Shown here in pieces: positions 28,011 to 37,839 of a stretch of 54,470 nucleotides of DNA (position 1 is the first letter of the stretch; the number at the start of each line of letters is the position of its first letter). Origin of the DNA: a virus (taxonomy: Duplodnaviria; Caudoviricetes); the IMG/VR virus record IMGVR_UViG_3300030107_005947, positions 1 through 54,470 of that record, one strand, 5' to 3'. The position numbers were made by a program, and so were the translations under genes. The notes beneath the pieces are model-generated. The model searched no databases, was not told where the DNA came from, and saw nothing but the letters and a program-made list of their open reading frames with translations.

Positions 28011-31000
28011 TTATTCTCCTTCTAAAGCATCTAATCTATCTTTTAATTTCTTGACTTCTTCTAATAATAAAACCGACAACAATTGATAGTGTAACGCATC
28101 TGGTTTTCCATCTTTATCTGGTATGACAATCTCTGGTAAAACTTTTTGCACATCTTCAGCTAAATATCCAAAAGTTGATCCATTTAACAATGATTGATGT
28201 CCATCTTTATAGTTAAAGTTTTTAGCTTTTAGATCAAATATTCTTGAAGTGTCCATGTCTAATGGTTTTATATTTTCTTTGTAATCAACGCTTGATGATG
28301 TTGAAACAAAAGTTAAAACACCAGCACTATCCGTCTGCAAAAGTCTATCTCCACCAGGTGCAGTTGTCGGTAAATACAAAACATATCTAGCACTTGAGGT
28401 ACTATCACTACTTGAATAGTTTGTTGGTCCTGCTATTGTGGCAAATTCTTCATAAGAGTTATTACCTGATTGGAAATTTACTGCTTCCGTATTAACGTTA
28501 TTATAATTTGACCCAATAGTGTTTCCTATATCAGTAGAACCATCATTATTACCAATAATATCGTTCGGAGATACTATATCTAATGCGTATGCACCAGCAG
28601 CATTAGGATTGTGAATAATCATTGTGCCTTTTGCATAAGTAACACCAGCAAGTGTTGTATCTGCTTGTAATCTGTACATTTGAGCATTAAATAATCCGGG
28701 GGCTGTCCATGTTCTTATACCAACGGGATTTACTGTATCTCCAGCTTGGTCTTTACTAGTTCCCTGAATTTCTGAAGTAGTAGGAATATTCGTAATTGAT
28801 TGGATAGTGTCTAGTATTGCAGCACTTTGAGAAAGTTTTTGTACTGGTATATCAGCATTAGAATCTTCTTTTGAAACAATATCATACTCTGTATAAGAAA
28901 TTCCCGGTTGTTCTGTATAGACAGCTTTTGTTATTAAATAGTTTTTATTTTCATCAACTAAATCATTTCTATATCTTACAAAATCTCCTGCTCGTATTGG
29001 TATAAAGTATCTGACAATAGAACTGGTTGATATTTGACCAGTATCCCAAGTGCCTGTTACTTGTGTTGAGCTTACAGCAGAAGCATAACCATAAGTTGTA
29101 GTTGGAGCATTGTTGGAATCCAGTTCTGATAAAGTTGTTCCAACTCTAATACCAAAATTTAAGGGATTTGAACTAATATCATATATTTGTGTACCAGTAG
29201 TATGTTCAGCAGCTGAGGTACTACTTTGAGCCCTATTTGCTGAAATATTAGTTGAACTATTTATGGCTGTTACAGCAAATTTCTCATTATCTATTTGAAA
29301 TGTCTGTCCAACGTACATTTCATCGCTTGATGTAACATCTATGGCTGTTTCAGAATCATCTAAAGCCTCATTAAGAGTAGTTACAAGTACTTTGCCGAAG
29401 GTAAGTGTTTCTGTATACTTAGTTGTTCCTTCTACAGTTGCCGAAGAACTACTACCTACAGCAGTCGGCACTGCATCAACATAAAAGCGAGGTTTTTCAT
29501 ATGTTGTTACTGTACCTCTAGTTATTTCGTGGGTACTTTTCATTAATTTAGCCACAATATCTTCTTTTATGTTTAATGGAGCTGTTTGTGATGGTGCTAT
29601 TAAGGATAATGTGCGTTTTATTTTATGTGTATCCTTAGGTCTACTTAAAATGGTAAATGTTGCATTTCTATTATAATGCCCTCTACAAACTGTACCTACT
29701 GTTAATGTTGCTTCAGGAGTTGATGTAGCCGCTGTACCTCGCAAAACGCTGGAAAGAAGAACAAATGCTGGAGCGTTTGCTGTAATATCAGAACCACCAC
29801 TTGTATCTGTTCTACTAACATACTGCATAGTAGCTACTGCATAAGCATAAACATATGAATTGTCAACATGAGTTACTGCTGAAAAACCTAATTGAGCCCT
29901 GGTGGCAGTAATTTCTGTACCATTCGCATTAACTGCTGTAACTTTTATATATTCCCTAGCACCAGCGTTAATACTGGGCGTTATGTAAAGCATTTGATTT
30001 ACATATATACCAGCGTTTGAATCCACTGTAAATGTTGTACTACTTGTATTAGTATGGGCACCATTTAATTGAGTAAGTCTAGTATCTATTTTTTCTGGAG
30101 CTGTAATTGATGCTGCTGAACCGAAAAAGTTATCATCTATCTGATGTTCTGGATTTCCCCATGTAAAACAAGATTTAATTGCCGTTCCGTTATCGTGTTC
30201 TGCAGCAGTAGTATAGTTAACACCTCTTACAACTGTTAAATCATTACTAGATACGGATTCTACCCACATGGCTTCGTCATCAATTTGTATTGTCATACCT
30301 GCTATTATTGCCTGAGAAGCTGTATTTCCACTAGAAGCATCACTGACTGTAACTACAGTTTCGGTAGCATCTAATGCCTCATTTACTGTGGTTAAAGTAG
30401 TATTAGCGTATTCAGATATTTGGATTAATTCAAAGTCAATGGTTTTTTCTGGGCGTATTAAATCTGTTCGGTTTGAATGTGATGCCATTGTTACTTTTGC
30501 ATCTGTATACAATTCATCTTTAGGTCTATCTACAGAAAAACTAGTTGTTGGTGTACTTCTACCCGTTATATTAAATCCAGAATAAGGTTGTATTAATCTA
30601 GCTCCATATTTTTCTGGTTCTGTTGTTGGTCTATTACCTCTTTTAAAATAATTTAAAAACATCGCAGGTTTATGTGATGTGGCTGTTGATGTAAAGTTGG
30701 GATCTCCGTAATAATCATATCCAAAATTTCCACCAGAAGCATCGATTGGGTCTGAATTAGATAAATCTCTAATGTGTGATAATACGGATTTTTTGTTTCT
30801 TTCTCCCAACTGATAAGTAAAGTTTGCAGGAAATTTTCTTACCGATTCTGTAAATCTATTAGTATCACCTGTGAAAGTTAAATCCAAAGGATTAGTTACT
30901 GAAGCTGCTAAAGATTTTATTAATCCCCCTCTAGTTGAAGCTGTTGATGTAAAAACTAATTGGTCGTCTGTAGAAGTGGCAGTAATATCAGCAGAATCAT

Positions 31001-31634
31001 CTACATCTAAAGTAATATCCACATCGAAAGCAAATTCTCCAGAAGTCGTGTTATCCCGTAGTTCTTGAAGAAAATCATGGCATCTTAATTGAATCATCAT
31101 ACCTACACCAAAATGATATTCTTCTTTTATGTCATACACCATACCATAAAACATGATTTCTTTTGTTTCATCATCTCTTAATCTAACAGCTGTAAAACTA
31201 CCAAAAGTTGGACTATATGGTCCAGTAGATGCTCCACTTTCTCCACCATAAGCGTTTGAAGTCTGATTTAATATCTGTACCTTTAATGCTTTTGGAGAAC
31301 CTAAATTATCTGTTAATACTAGGCTTTGTATTGCACTAGCTGTTGTTCCGGGTATAACAACATCTTGCCAAATTTCAGCGTTATAGACAATATCTCCGTT
31401 TTCGTGAGCTTCAGCACCTGTTCCTTTAGTTTGTCGTGTAACTGTTATAGTATTGTGGGCAGTTATTGCCGTTACAGTAACATATTCGCTTTCTATTAAA
31501 AGTATTTGACCAACTCTCATGTTGTTAGAACCATTGGTAGCTAGGGTTAATGAAGTTGCGCCTGTAGTCGCATCTGCTGCCAAAGTGGTTATTTGTTTTT
31601 TATTGTAATACGATAATATTGACCTACTAGGCAT
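28011..31634 (-). CDS. tail tip/hub protein with four repeated beta modules and C-terminal intramolecular chaperone (peptidase S74)
   Basis: follows TMP and Dit-like gene; SSSVDYKENI..FGYLAEDV..LPEIV..LHYQLLSVLLLEEVKKL chaperone signature. Confidence 0.8.
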   Translation of the reverse strand: MPSRSILSYYNKKQITTLAADATTGATSLTLATNGSNNMRVGQILLIESEYVTVTAITAHNTITVTRQTKGTGAEAHENGDIVYNAEIWQDVVIPGTTASAIQSLVLTDNLGSPKALKVQILNQTSNAYGGESGASTGPYSPTFGSFTAVRLRDDETKEIMFYGMVYDIKEEYHFGVGMMIQLRCHDFLQELRDNTTSGEFAFDVDITLDVDDSADITATSTDDQLVFTSTASTRGGLIKSLAASVTNPLDLTFTGDTNRFTESVRKFPANFTYQLGERNKKSVLSHIRDLSNSDPIDASGGNFGYDYYGDPNFTSTATSHKPAMFLNYFKRGNRPTTEPEKYGARLIQPYSGFNITGRSTPTTSFSVDRPKDELYTDAKVTMASHSNRTDLIRPEKTIDFELIQISEYANTTLTTVNEALDATETVVTVSDASSGNTASQAIIAGMTIQIDDEAMWVESVSSNDLTVVRGVNYTTAAEHDNGTAIKSCFTWGNPEHQIDDNFFGSAASITAPEKIDTRLTQLNGAHTNTSSTTFTVDSNAGIYVNQMLYITPSINAGAREYIKVTAVNANGTEITATRAQLGFSAVTHVDNSYVYAYAVATMQYVSRTDTSGGSDITANAPAFVLLSSVLRGTAATSTPEATLTVGTVCRGHYNRNATFTILSRPKDTHKIKRTLSLIAPSQTAPLNIKEDIVAKLMKSTHEITRGTVTTYEKPRFYVDAVPTAVGSSSSATVEGTTKYTETLTFGKVLVTTLNEALDDSETAIDVTSSDEMYVGQTFQIDNEKFAVTAINSSTNISANRAQSSTSAAEHTTGTQIYDISSNPLNFGIRVGTTLSELDSNNAPTTTYGYASAVSSTQVTGTWDTGQISTSSIVRYFIPIRAGDFVRYRNDLVDENKNYLITKAVYTEQPGISYTEYDIVSKEDSNADIPVQKLSQSAAILDTIQSITNIPTTSEIQGTSKDQAGDTVNPVGIRTWTAPGLFNAQMYRLQADTTLAGVTYAKGTMIIHNPNAAGAYALDIVSPNDIIGNNDGSTDIGNTIGSNYNNVNTEAVNFQSGNNSYEEFATIAGPTNYSSSDSTSSARYVLYLPTTAPGGDRLLQTDSAGVLTFVSTSSSVDYKENIKPLDMDTSRIFDLKAKNFNYKDGHQSLLNGSTFGYLAEDVQKVLPEIVIPDKDGKPDALHYQLLSVLLLEEVKKLKDRLDALEGE

Positions 31635-32185
31635 TAAAAAGATACTCCTTCACGCAATTTAGCCATAAACTGTATTGTAAAAGTCCATCTATCTTCTATA
31701 CCCGGTGCTTGTGTAAACTGAACTTGTGTAACAGCAACTTTATATATAGAACCTCCTGTGGCTAAATTACTTCCATTTGTTGCTACTGGTCTAGTTGCAT
31801 CTCCAATTTCTATTTGTAAATCCGTTGAATCCGAAGTAACCCAAGTTATTAGTTTATCTTCTAAATAGTTTTTATAGGGAATTACATAATCTTTAGATGT
31901 ACTTCCATCAGATATCGCAATTTTTTCCATACCCCAAGTTTCATCAGCATCAAAATCCGAACCTGTATTAGCTGGGTCTTGACCAATAGTATCAACAACA
32001 CCCGATATAGTAATAGTTGGTTTAGCAATGCCTAAATCTAGTAATATAGGTGTACCTCTTGGCACTGGCACTTGAATTGGAGATTTTGCGACAGCTATAG
32101 AAACTTGATTTACTTTCAAAGCTAGGTGACTAGAAGCTCCGCTATGTGTTCCATCTCGTAGTAATACTGATAATGGTGAATCCAT
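31634..32185 (-). CDS. distal tail protein-like
   Basis: position after TMP; PTITISG and RWTFTIQF pattern. Confidence 0.55.
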   Translation of the reverse strand: MDSPLSVLLRDGTHSGASSHLALKVNQVSIAVAKSPIQVPVPRGTPILLDLGIAKPTITISGVVDTIGQDPANTGSDFDADETWGMEKIAISDGSTSKDYVIPYKNYLEDKLITWVTSDSTDLQIEIGDATRPVATNGSNLATGGSIYKVAVTQVQFTQAPGIEDRWTFTIQFMAKLREGVSF

Positions 32186-32200
32186 TTTTAATTTCCTTTG

Positions 32201-33193
32201 TTACTCAATGTAAATAAAACCATTACTTTGTTGATTGAACATCTCAACCATTTCTGCATCTTGTTGTTCTTCTGATAGCCATATTTTATTCGAATATGCT
32301 TCACTTAAAGTAGCGTAGACATTTCCATTTAATCTAAAGTTAACAGCTGCAGCAGTTTGAGGCGTTGGATCACCCTGAGCTGCTGGCCCAGCTGCCATCT
32401 GATTACCACCAAAATTACTTGCCTGTGTTGTATTAGCCAATTCTTTTGCTAGGTCTTGTTGACTTCTTTCTAGTTCAGAAATTTTATTATCTAAATCTAC
32501 ACCTGGTATTAGATTTAATGCTTTAACTATTTCTATTTGTAAATTACTGAATATTGTTTGCAAAGTAGTCCAAATTCCCTCAGCCCAACCTTTTACTGTT
32601 TCCCAAGCATTTTTTAAAGCACCTTTTGCTCCACCAAAAACAGCACCTTGTATAGCGTCTTTTGATGAGTTTATAAATTCAATTAACAATGCTTTACCAT
32701 CATTTTTTGCCCAAGTAAAAAATACGTCCCATAATGGTTTAAGAATATTATCTACTAAAGCAGTTATCGCCTCTTTAATTACAAAAAGTCCTTTGTCTAA
32801 CCAAGTACCTTCCATAGTTGATACTTTATCAAAAAGTCCTTGAGTCCAAGTTTGAACTTTCGGTATAAATGAAGCTAATTTCCCTAAACCTTTAAAAATT
32901 AAAGGTAAAAAGGGTGCCACAAGAACATCTACAAATGCTCCAATAATTTGAAAAAAACTACCTACTAAAGCAGTAAATCCTTTGGACATTTTTAAAATAC
33001 TCGTAACTCCAAGTCCTATTGCAAGTTTTTTTATAAAACCACCAGACACCATTTTCTCTTGATTTTTTGCCATGTCTTTTATATCTTTATTTGCGCCTCC
33101 ACCTGCTGTTGCTCCACGACTAGCGCCACGAGCCATGGTGCCAGCTGTTCTCGCTGCTCCCATCATAAGACCTGCTATTAAAGGTATTGCCAT
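32201..33193 (-). CDS. tape measure protein (short, 330 aa)
   Basis: directly after chaperone pair; helical, hydrophobic segment and periodic Trp/Phe (AWETVKGWAEGIWTTL). Confidence 0.65.
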   Translation of the reverse strand: MAIPLIAGLMMGAARTAGTMARGASRGATAGGGANKDIKDMAKNQEKMVSGGFIKKLAIGLGVTSILKMSKGFTALVGSFFQIIGAFVDVLVAPFLPLIFKGLGKLASFIPKVQTWTQGLFDKVSTMEGTWLDKGLFVIKEAITALVDNILKPLWDVFFTWAKNDGKALLIEFINSSKDAIQGAVFGGAKGALKNAWETVKGWAEGIWTTLQTIFSNLQIEIVKALNLIPGVDLDNKISELERSQQDLAKELANTTQASNFGGNQMAAGPAAQGDPTPQTAAAVNFRLNGNVYATLSEAYSNKIWLSEEQQDAEMVEMFNQQSNGFIYIE

Positions 33194-33195
33194 AT

Positions 33196-33423
33196 TTATC
33201 TCCTAAAATTATTCATGGACATAGCACTAGCTTCTTTTTCTGCTTGATTTTCTTTTATTGCCATATCAACTCCTAATATTAAATTAATTTCTTGTTCAGT
33301 AAAATTATTAATGGCGTCATAAGGAATTCCCAGTTCTAAAAGATATAACATAGTTGTCCAGTAGGAATATGCCATCTTTTCTTGTGGGTGTTGTTCTCCA
33401 ACCCCCCTCATGAACGCCCTCAT
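33196..33423 (-). CDS. tail assembly chaperone, T-like (frameshift extension)
   Basis: in the -1 frame of upstream gene, ATGA overlap; lies between chaperone and TMP. Confidence 0.65.
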   Translation of the reverse strand: MRAFMRGVGEQHPQEKMAYSYWTTMLYLLELGIPYDAINNFTEQEINLILGVDMAIKENQAEKEASAMSMNNFRR

Positions 33424-33794
33424 TCTTTTTTTACTATTTTAGGATCTAGTTTATTTTCTGCACTAAATGCCTGTGGCACGAGTGTTTCTAAAGCTGTTCC
33501 TAATCGTTCATCTATAGAAACTAAAAACGCCTCTGTGGTTTTACCCCAAGGCGCTTCAACAATCATTTCTTTTAAACATTCTCTAATATATTTATCTCCA
33601 TCAAAGCTAGTGTCCCCTGAATCAGACCATTTTAAACAACTACTAACTAATTGATTTCTTTTAGACCAACTTAGTTGTTTAATAGTAACGTCAAACCCAT
33701 CTTCTGTTCCATCTATTTTTAAAGAAACAACCTGTGTATTAGGTGCTATTTGATATTTAGATAAATCAAAACTGCTTACACTTTCCTTAACCAT
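33420..33794 (-). CDS. tail assembly chaperone, G-like
   Basis: between tail tube and TMP; ends in a slippery A7 run. Confidence 0.7.
   Translation of the reverse strand: MVKESVSSFDLSKYQIAPNTQVVSLKIDGTEDGFDVTIKQLSWSKRNQLVSSCLKWSDSGDTSFDGDKYIRECLKEMIVEAPWGKTTEAFLVSIDERLGTALETLVPQAFSAENKLDPKIVKKE
33426..33432 (-). other. -1 programmed frameshift site A AAA AAA
   Basis: GTA AAA AAA GAA TGA; a -1 slip reads KKR-MRAFM into the next ORF. Confidence 0.6.
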
Positions 33795-33813
33795 CTTAAT
33801 CTCCTATCTATTT

Positions 33814-35625
33814 TTATGGATATACTGGTACTGAATCTTGTATTGTTATCTTTAAACTCCTAAATATACAATCTATATCTACTTGTAATGGATTGTCTGT
33901 TGTTATATTGTGAGGCGCTGTATTAATAAACATTCCTTGACTATTAAGTGCGTTTGAACCAGCTGTTGGTGTACCTGCTGTGCTACTGGTTGGGATATCT
34001 ATATAGATATGGTCATTTGTCCCTCTGGTAAATTGTAGGGTAGCAGTCATACCAGTCATAGCTGTTGCTTGAGTACTACCACCATAATTACCTTCTAGTA
34101 GAAGCTGTTTAAACAACTCCGTTGCCCCTGTTTGTAGGTTTGAAACATTATAAGCTGCGTTAGCATCAAAGTCAGCGTCTGGCAACACAACTGTGGCAGA
34201 CATGGTATAATCCCTTGCTCCTTCAACTATTTCAGAAGGTCCTCTTGATCTAGCCCCTTGCCTACTCAAATAATATCTAGGTTCTTCATTGTTACTGATT
34301 GAAATACTAAAATTTCTAATTCTAGCAAACTCAACACCGAAATACTTAATTGTTCCTTGACTAAAGTAGTAGGGCGATGTGCTAGGATATCCACTACCAT
34401 CATTGCCACTTCCTACAGCCTGAGAACCCATATTAATATCATCACTATCTATCTGTTGCATAAGTGCGTATCTGGGCATATTTGCTTGAATACTCGCACC
34501 ATTATAAAGATTAGTTCCGACTGTAGTTTGTTCTTGTTGATTATGAACCATATTGAGAAAATTCACACTATCCCAACTCATCATAACCATACCACCTTCT
34601 TCTGCTGATATAGTTGAAGTTCCAATCATACCACCTAAATATCTTCTATTGAAGTCTTTTGCAGCGGTTTCTGAACTATCTTTCATATGAACATGCCAAG
34701 AAACGGTATCCAAATCGTTTGTTTCTGTAATAACATGAGTATAATAAGCACTGGTGCTAACTTCATCTATGGAAACGTCATCATCATGATCAAACTGCAA
34801 AGGATAATCTAATTTAAAAGTATCTGAGGCTGGTTCTGCAATTATTCTTCTAACCTCAGATAAAGTTGAGGAACCATCATCAATATTTATATAATCACCT
34901 ACAGCCAAATTACTTACATTTGCCCCATCTGCTGATATATATACATCGCCTTTTTTAGTTGCTCCGTTTAATAATATGGTAGAACCTTCTAATGCAGAAG
35001 GCGTTGTTACAACTTTTCCTATAGGGAATCGTAAGGGCCAACCATTCAATAAGACAAAATCGGCTACTGAACCAACCAATGTTTGTTGACCAGCATACGC
35101 AACTGAAAAATTTCGTTTACTTTGTGTTGATAAAAACCTTTTACCCTCTATAGACATTTCTGGATCAGGAGTATCTAGTGTTTCATAAACACCTGGTATA
35201 AAAGTTATATATTTTGCTTTATCATTTCTAGTAGCATCACCACCTATTGCTGTAGCTTCTTTTACTTCTTCATTGTTAGCATGATAAAAAGCTGTCGGTC
35301 TATCTAATAATACTGTTATTACATTACCCGGGCTTGTGCCAACTTGCTGAGTTCCTGTCAGTGCTTCAATTCTTCGAACCTCGTGTTCATTAACTGTGGC
35401 AGAGGCAGTTCCAGCAACAGTGCCAATTCGAATAAAATCTCCAACTACAAGAGAAGCTGTAGCAATTGTATCTATTGTTATTGTTTTTGATCCAGCATTA
35501 ACCGCTGCTGCTAACAATGCAGTTGAACCACTAACTGTAGCTTCAATCATTTCAGCATCAGCGCCTTGTCCACCAAATTCTGATGCAAATGTTAGCTGTG
35601 CTTGATCGCTTCTATATACTGCCAT
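33814..35625 (-). CDS. major tail tube protein with two inserted beta modules
   Basis: after terminator-like gene; RNFSISISNN..PRYY..EIVEGARDYTMSATV tube pattern. Confidence 0.75.
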   Translation of the reverse strand: MAVYRSDQAQLTFASEFGGQGADAEMIEATVSGSTALLAAAVNAGSKTITIDTIATASLVVGDFIRIGTVAGTASATVNEHEVRRIEALTGTQQVGTSPGNVITVLLDRPTAFYHANNEEVKEATAIGGDATRNDKAKYITFIPGVYETLDTPDPEMSIEGKRFLSTQSKRNFSVAYAGQQTLVGSVADFVLLNGWPLRFPIGKVVTTPSALEGSTILLNGATKKGDVYISADGANVSNLAVGDYINIDDGSSTLSEVRRIIAEPASDTFKLDYPLQFDHDDDVSIDEVSTSAYYTHVITETNDLDTVSWHVHMKDSSETAAKDFNRRYLGGMIGTSTISAEEGGMVMMSWDSVNFLNMVHNQQEQTTVGTNLYNGASIQANMPRYALMQQIDSDDINMGSQAVGSGNDGSGYPSTSPYYFSQGTIKYFGVEFARIRNFSISISNNEEPRYYLSRQGARSRGPSEIVEGARDYTMSATVVLPDADFDANAAYNVSNLQTGATELFKQLLLEGNYGGSTQATAMTGMTATLQFTRGTNDHIYIDIPTSSTAGTPTAGSNALNSQGMFINTAPHNITTDNPLQVDIDCIFRSLKITIQDSVPVYP

Positions 35626-35655
35626 TTTGTATTCTCCATTTTTGTTTCATATTAA

Positions 35656-35665
35656 TATTATACTA
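35656..35665 (-). promoter_or_regulatory. late-type promoter TAGTATAATA for tail operon
   Basis: exact motif; TAG is the stop of the upstream gene. Confidence 0.65.
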
Positions 35666-36100
35666 AGTGTCTAATAAAACTGCGTTATTTACCAACTCTA
35701 TCTCAATAGTTCCAGTCCATATGTTTACTTGATCACTTACCTCTTCGTTAAAGTCTATAAATTCTTGGCGTTGAAAATTTGTTAATGAGTGCATTCGATT
35801 ATGTGTAATTCTTCTAATTTCTTGCATTAGGTTATACAATCTTTGCCTACTATTTAATGTCCATAGTTCAATTTCAACACTATAGATTCTATCTCCATAT
35901 TTCCAGTTTCCTATAGGAATTTCATCAAATGCTGGAGAACCCGTTCTCCCTATAATATGATCACCTACGTTTAAATCATATCTAATAGGTTCATTTGCTT
36001 TGTTAACTGTTATCATGGAAGGCTTTGTAACGTTAGAGGCATTCCATTGACTATCTAAGTCAGTCATTATTGCATCTATGGGTATCGGTTCATCAGCCAT
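35663..36100 (-). CDS. tail terminator-like protein
   Basis: 145 aa just before tube gene; YSVEIELWT..RLYNLMQEIRRI. Confidence 0.6.
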   Translation of the reverse strand: MADEPIPIDAIMTDLDSQWNASNVTKPSMITVNKANEPIRYDLNVGDHIIGRTGSPAFDEIPIGNWKYGDRIYSVEIELWTLNSRQRLYNLMQEIRRITHNRMHSLTNFQRQEFIDFNEEVSDQVNIWTGTIEIELVNNAVLLDT

Positions 36101-37209
36101 TAAAACACCTCAAATGCTTTTAGGTTATCTAAATTGTTTGCAGTTTCTTGTTCCCAAGAACTAACTCTATCAGCTAACCCTATTCGATCTAAACCACTAA
36201 CTACAGCACCACCAAAGTCTGCTGTACGCACAACCTCGATTGCTGATAGTTTAGTACAAATATCAGATATAATATTTCCTTGCCGTATATCTAAAGCAAT
36301 ATCATTACCTGCTAGATATCTAATTTTTACAGGAAAATTATATTCTCCTCCACCCCATCTCCAAACTGGAGAATTATAGACTGTAAATTTTGCTGGTAAA
36401 GTGAACACCCTTGCAAAGTGAACCATGCCTGTATCTGGTACTAAAAAGTAATCGCTTGCTCTACCTTGAGTTTTAGATTCCCAACTATTACCATTCCATA
36501 TTTTTAAAGATATTAATTTATAAGGATAATTGTGTGTTAACTTTATTCCGTTAATATTAAAACCATGTAGCTCATTAGCTACATAATTAGGTCTCCAACT
36601 TTTTCTCGTGTAAGAATCAATATAACTTTGAGAATTTAGTATAGCTGTTTCTACTGTAGAAAGTGAAGGTACTGTTGAAGACGTAAAGTCTGTCCCACTA
36701 GTTACGTTTTTTAATTGTAAAAGTTCATATACATCTTTGGTAGTACAATAAGAGGCTATTGCTCTCATTTGTATCCTTTTAATTGTCGGAGCTGTAGTAA
36801 CACTAGCAGGGGTTACTCGAACCCAATATTTGGTAGCACTATTTATCGTTTCTGTTGACCAATCGCTTAATATGTTTTGTGGAAATATTTCTACGCCATC
36901 TGCTGAAAAATCATAGGCTGTACCTTCTCCATCATCAGGATCAGTTTCATATCTAGCTGAAGCAGGAACAAACGTGGTCCAAGTACTACCATTATAATAT
37001 TGCCATGTTAACGCACCTAAACTACCTGCGGTATCTACATCAAATACAGCCATATCAAATTTGGTAGCGTGTCCTAAATATAAATAATGGCTACTCCCAC
37101 TGAGAATGGAAAAAGAAGTTCCTGCAGGAGATTGAGCCTCTAGGGTTACGTTTGTATAACTACTTCCATTGTATGTAAAAACTGTATCAAATTCTGAACC
37201 AGCTGACAT
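36100..37209 (-). CDS. head-tail adaptor with extra N-terminal beta domain
   Basis: SYCTTKDVYELL..AILNSQSYIDSYT..VKIRYLAG..ICTKL adaptor pattern in C-terminal half. Confidence 0.65.
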   Translation of the reverse strand: MSAGSEFDTVFTYNGSSYTNVTLEAQSPAGTSFSILSGSSHYLYLGHATKFDMAVFDVDTAGSLGALTWQYYNGSTWTTFVPASARYETDPDDGEGTAYDFSADGVEIFPQNILSDWSTETINSATKYWVRVTPASVTTAPTIKRIQMRAIASYCTTKDVYELLQLKNVTSGTDFTSSTVPSLSTVETAILNSQSYIDSYTRKSWRPNYVANELHGFNINGIKLTHNYPYKLISLKIWNGNSWESKTQGRASDYFLVPDTGMVHFARVFTLPAKFTVYNSPVWRWGGGEYNFPVKIRYLAGNDIALDIRQGNIISDICTKLSAIEVVRTADFGGAVVSGLDRIGLADRVSSWEQETANNLDNLKAFEVF

Positions 37210-37448
37210 TATTCTCCTTCGGTATTATCCTCATTTTCTTCAATAGTAACTTGTTCTATTTCTGGTTCAACTTGTTGAGGATTTAGTTTTCCCCTAATCC
37301 AAGCTGCAGCCCCTTGTAAATGTGCTACTCTAGTATCTATTTCTCGTATTTCTTTTATTTTTTCATCACGTTGTTGCGCCATTCTAGTGTAATCTTTTTC
37401 AATAAGTCCTAAATCATTTTGATATTCTGCTATCTGTTCTTCTGTCAT
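37209..37448 (-). CDS. small coiled-coil protein
   Basis: tiled ORF; heptad pattern. Confidence 0.6.
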   Translation of the reverse strand: MTEEQIAEYQNDLGLIEKDYTRMAQQRDEKIKEIREIDTRVAHLQGAAAWIRGKLNPQQVEPEIEQVTIEENEDNTEGE

Positions 37449-37466
37449 TGCTATATCCTTTCTTTT

Positions 37467-37826
37467 TTATACTGATACATGATATACAAGTTGCCCTGTA
37501 TATAAATTAATTTTAAAAATTTTATTTGCTGTGTTTACTCCATAAATATAATCGTTTTTAATAGTAAAATTCCCAAATAATGCTCCACTAGTATCGCAAG
37601 TCCATAAAACTTCACCATCTTCAAAATTTATAGCTAATATTTTTCCGTTTTCTAATGCTAAATAAAAACATTGGCTTTTCTCTAAAATAACAAAATCAAA
37701 AGCAACTGGAGATTCTAAAGTTTTTTCCCAATAAACATTGGCAGTAATATTATCTCTAAGAGAAATTTTATTGCTATCTTCTCCAATAAGTAATTTATTA
37801 TTTATACAAACTAAATTTACCTTCAT
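37467..37826 (-). CDS. PQQ-type beta-propeller repeat protein
   Basis: GKILAINFEDGEVLW and KIFKINLYTGQLVY blade repeats. Confidence 0.6.
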   Translation of the reverse strand: MKVNLVCINNKLLIGEDSNKISLRDNITANVYWEKTLESPVAFDFVILEKSQCFYLALENGKILAINFEDGEVLWTCDTSGALFGNFTIKNDYIYGVNTANKIFKINLYTGQLVYHVSV

Positions 37827-37839
37827 ATTATTATCCTAT

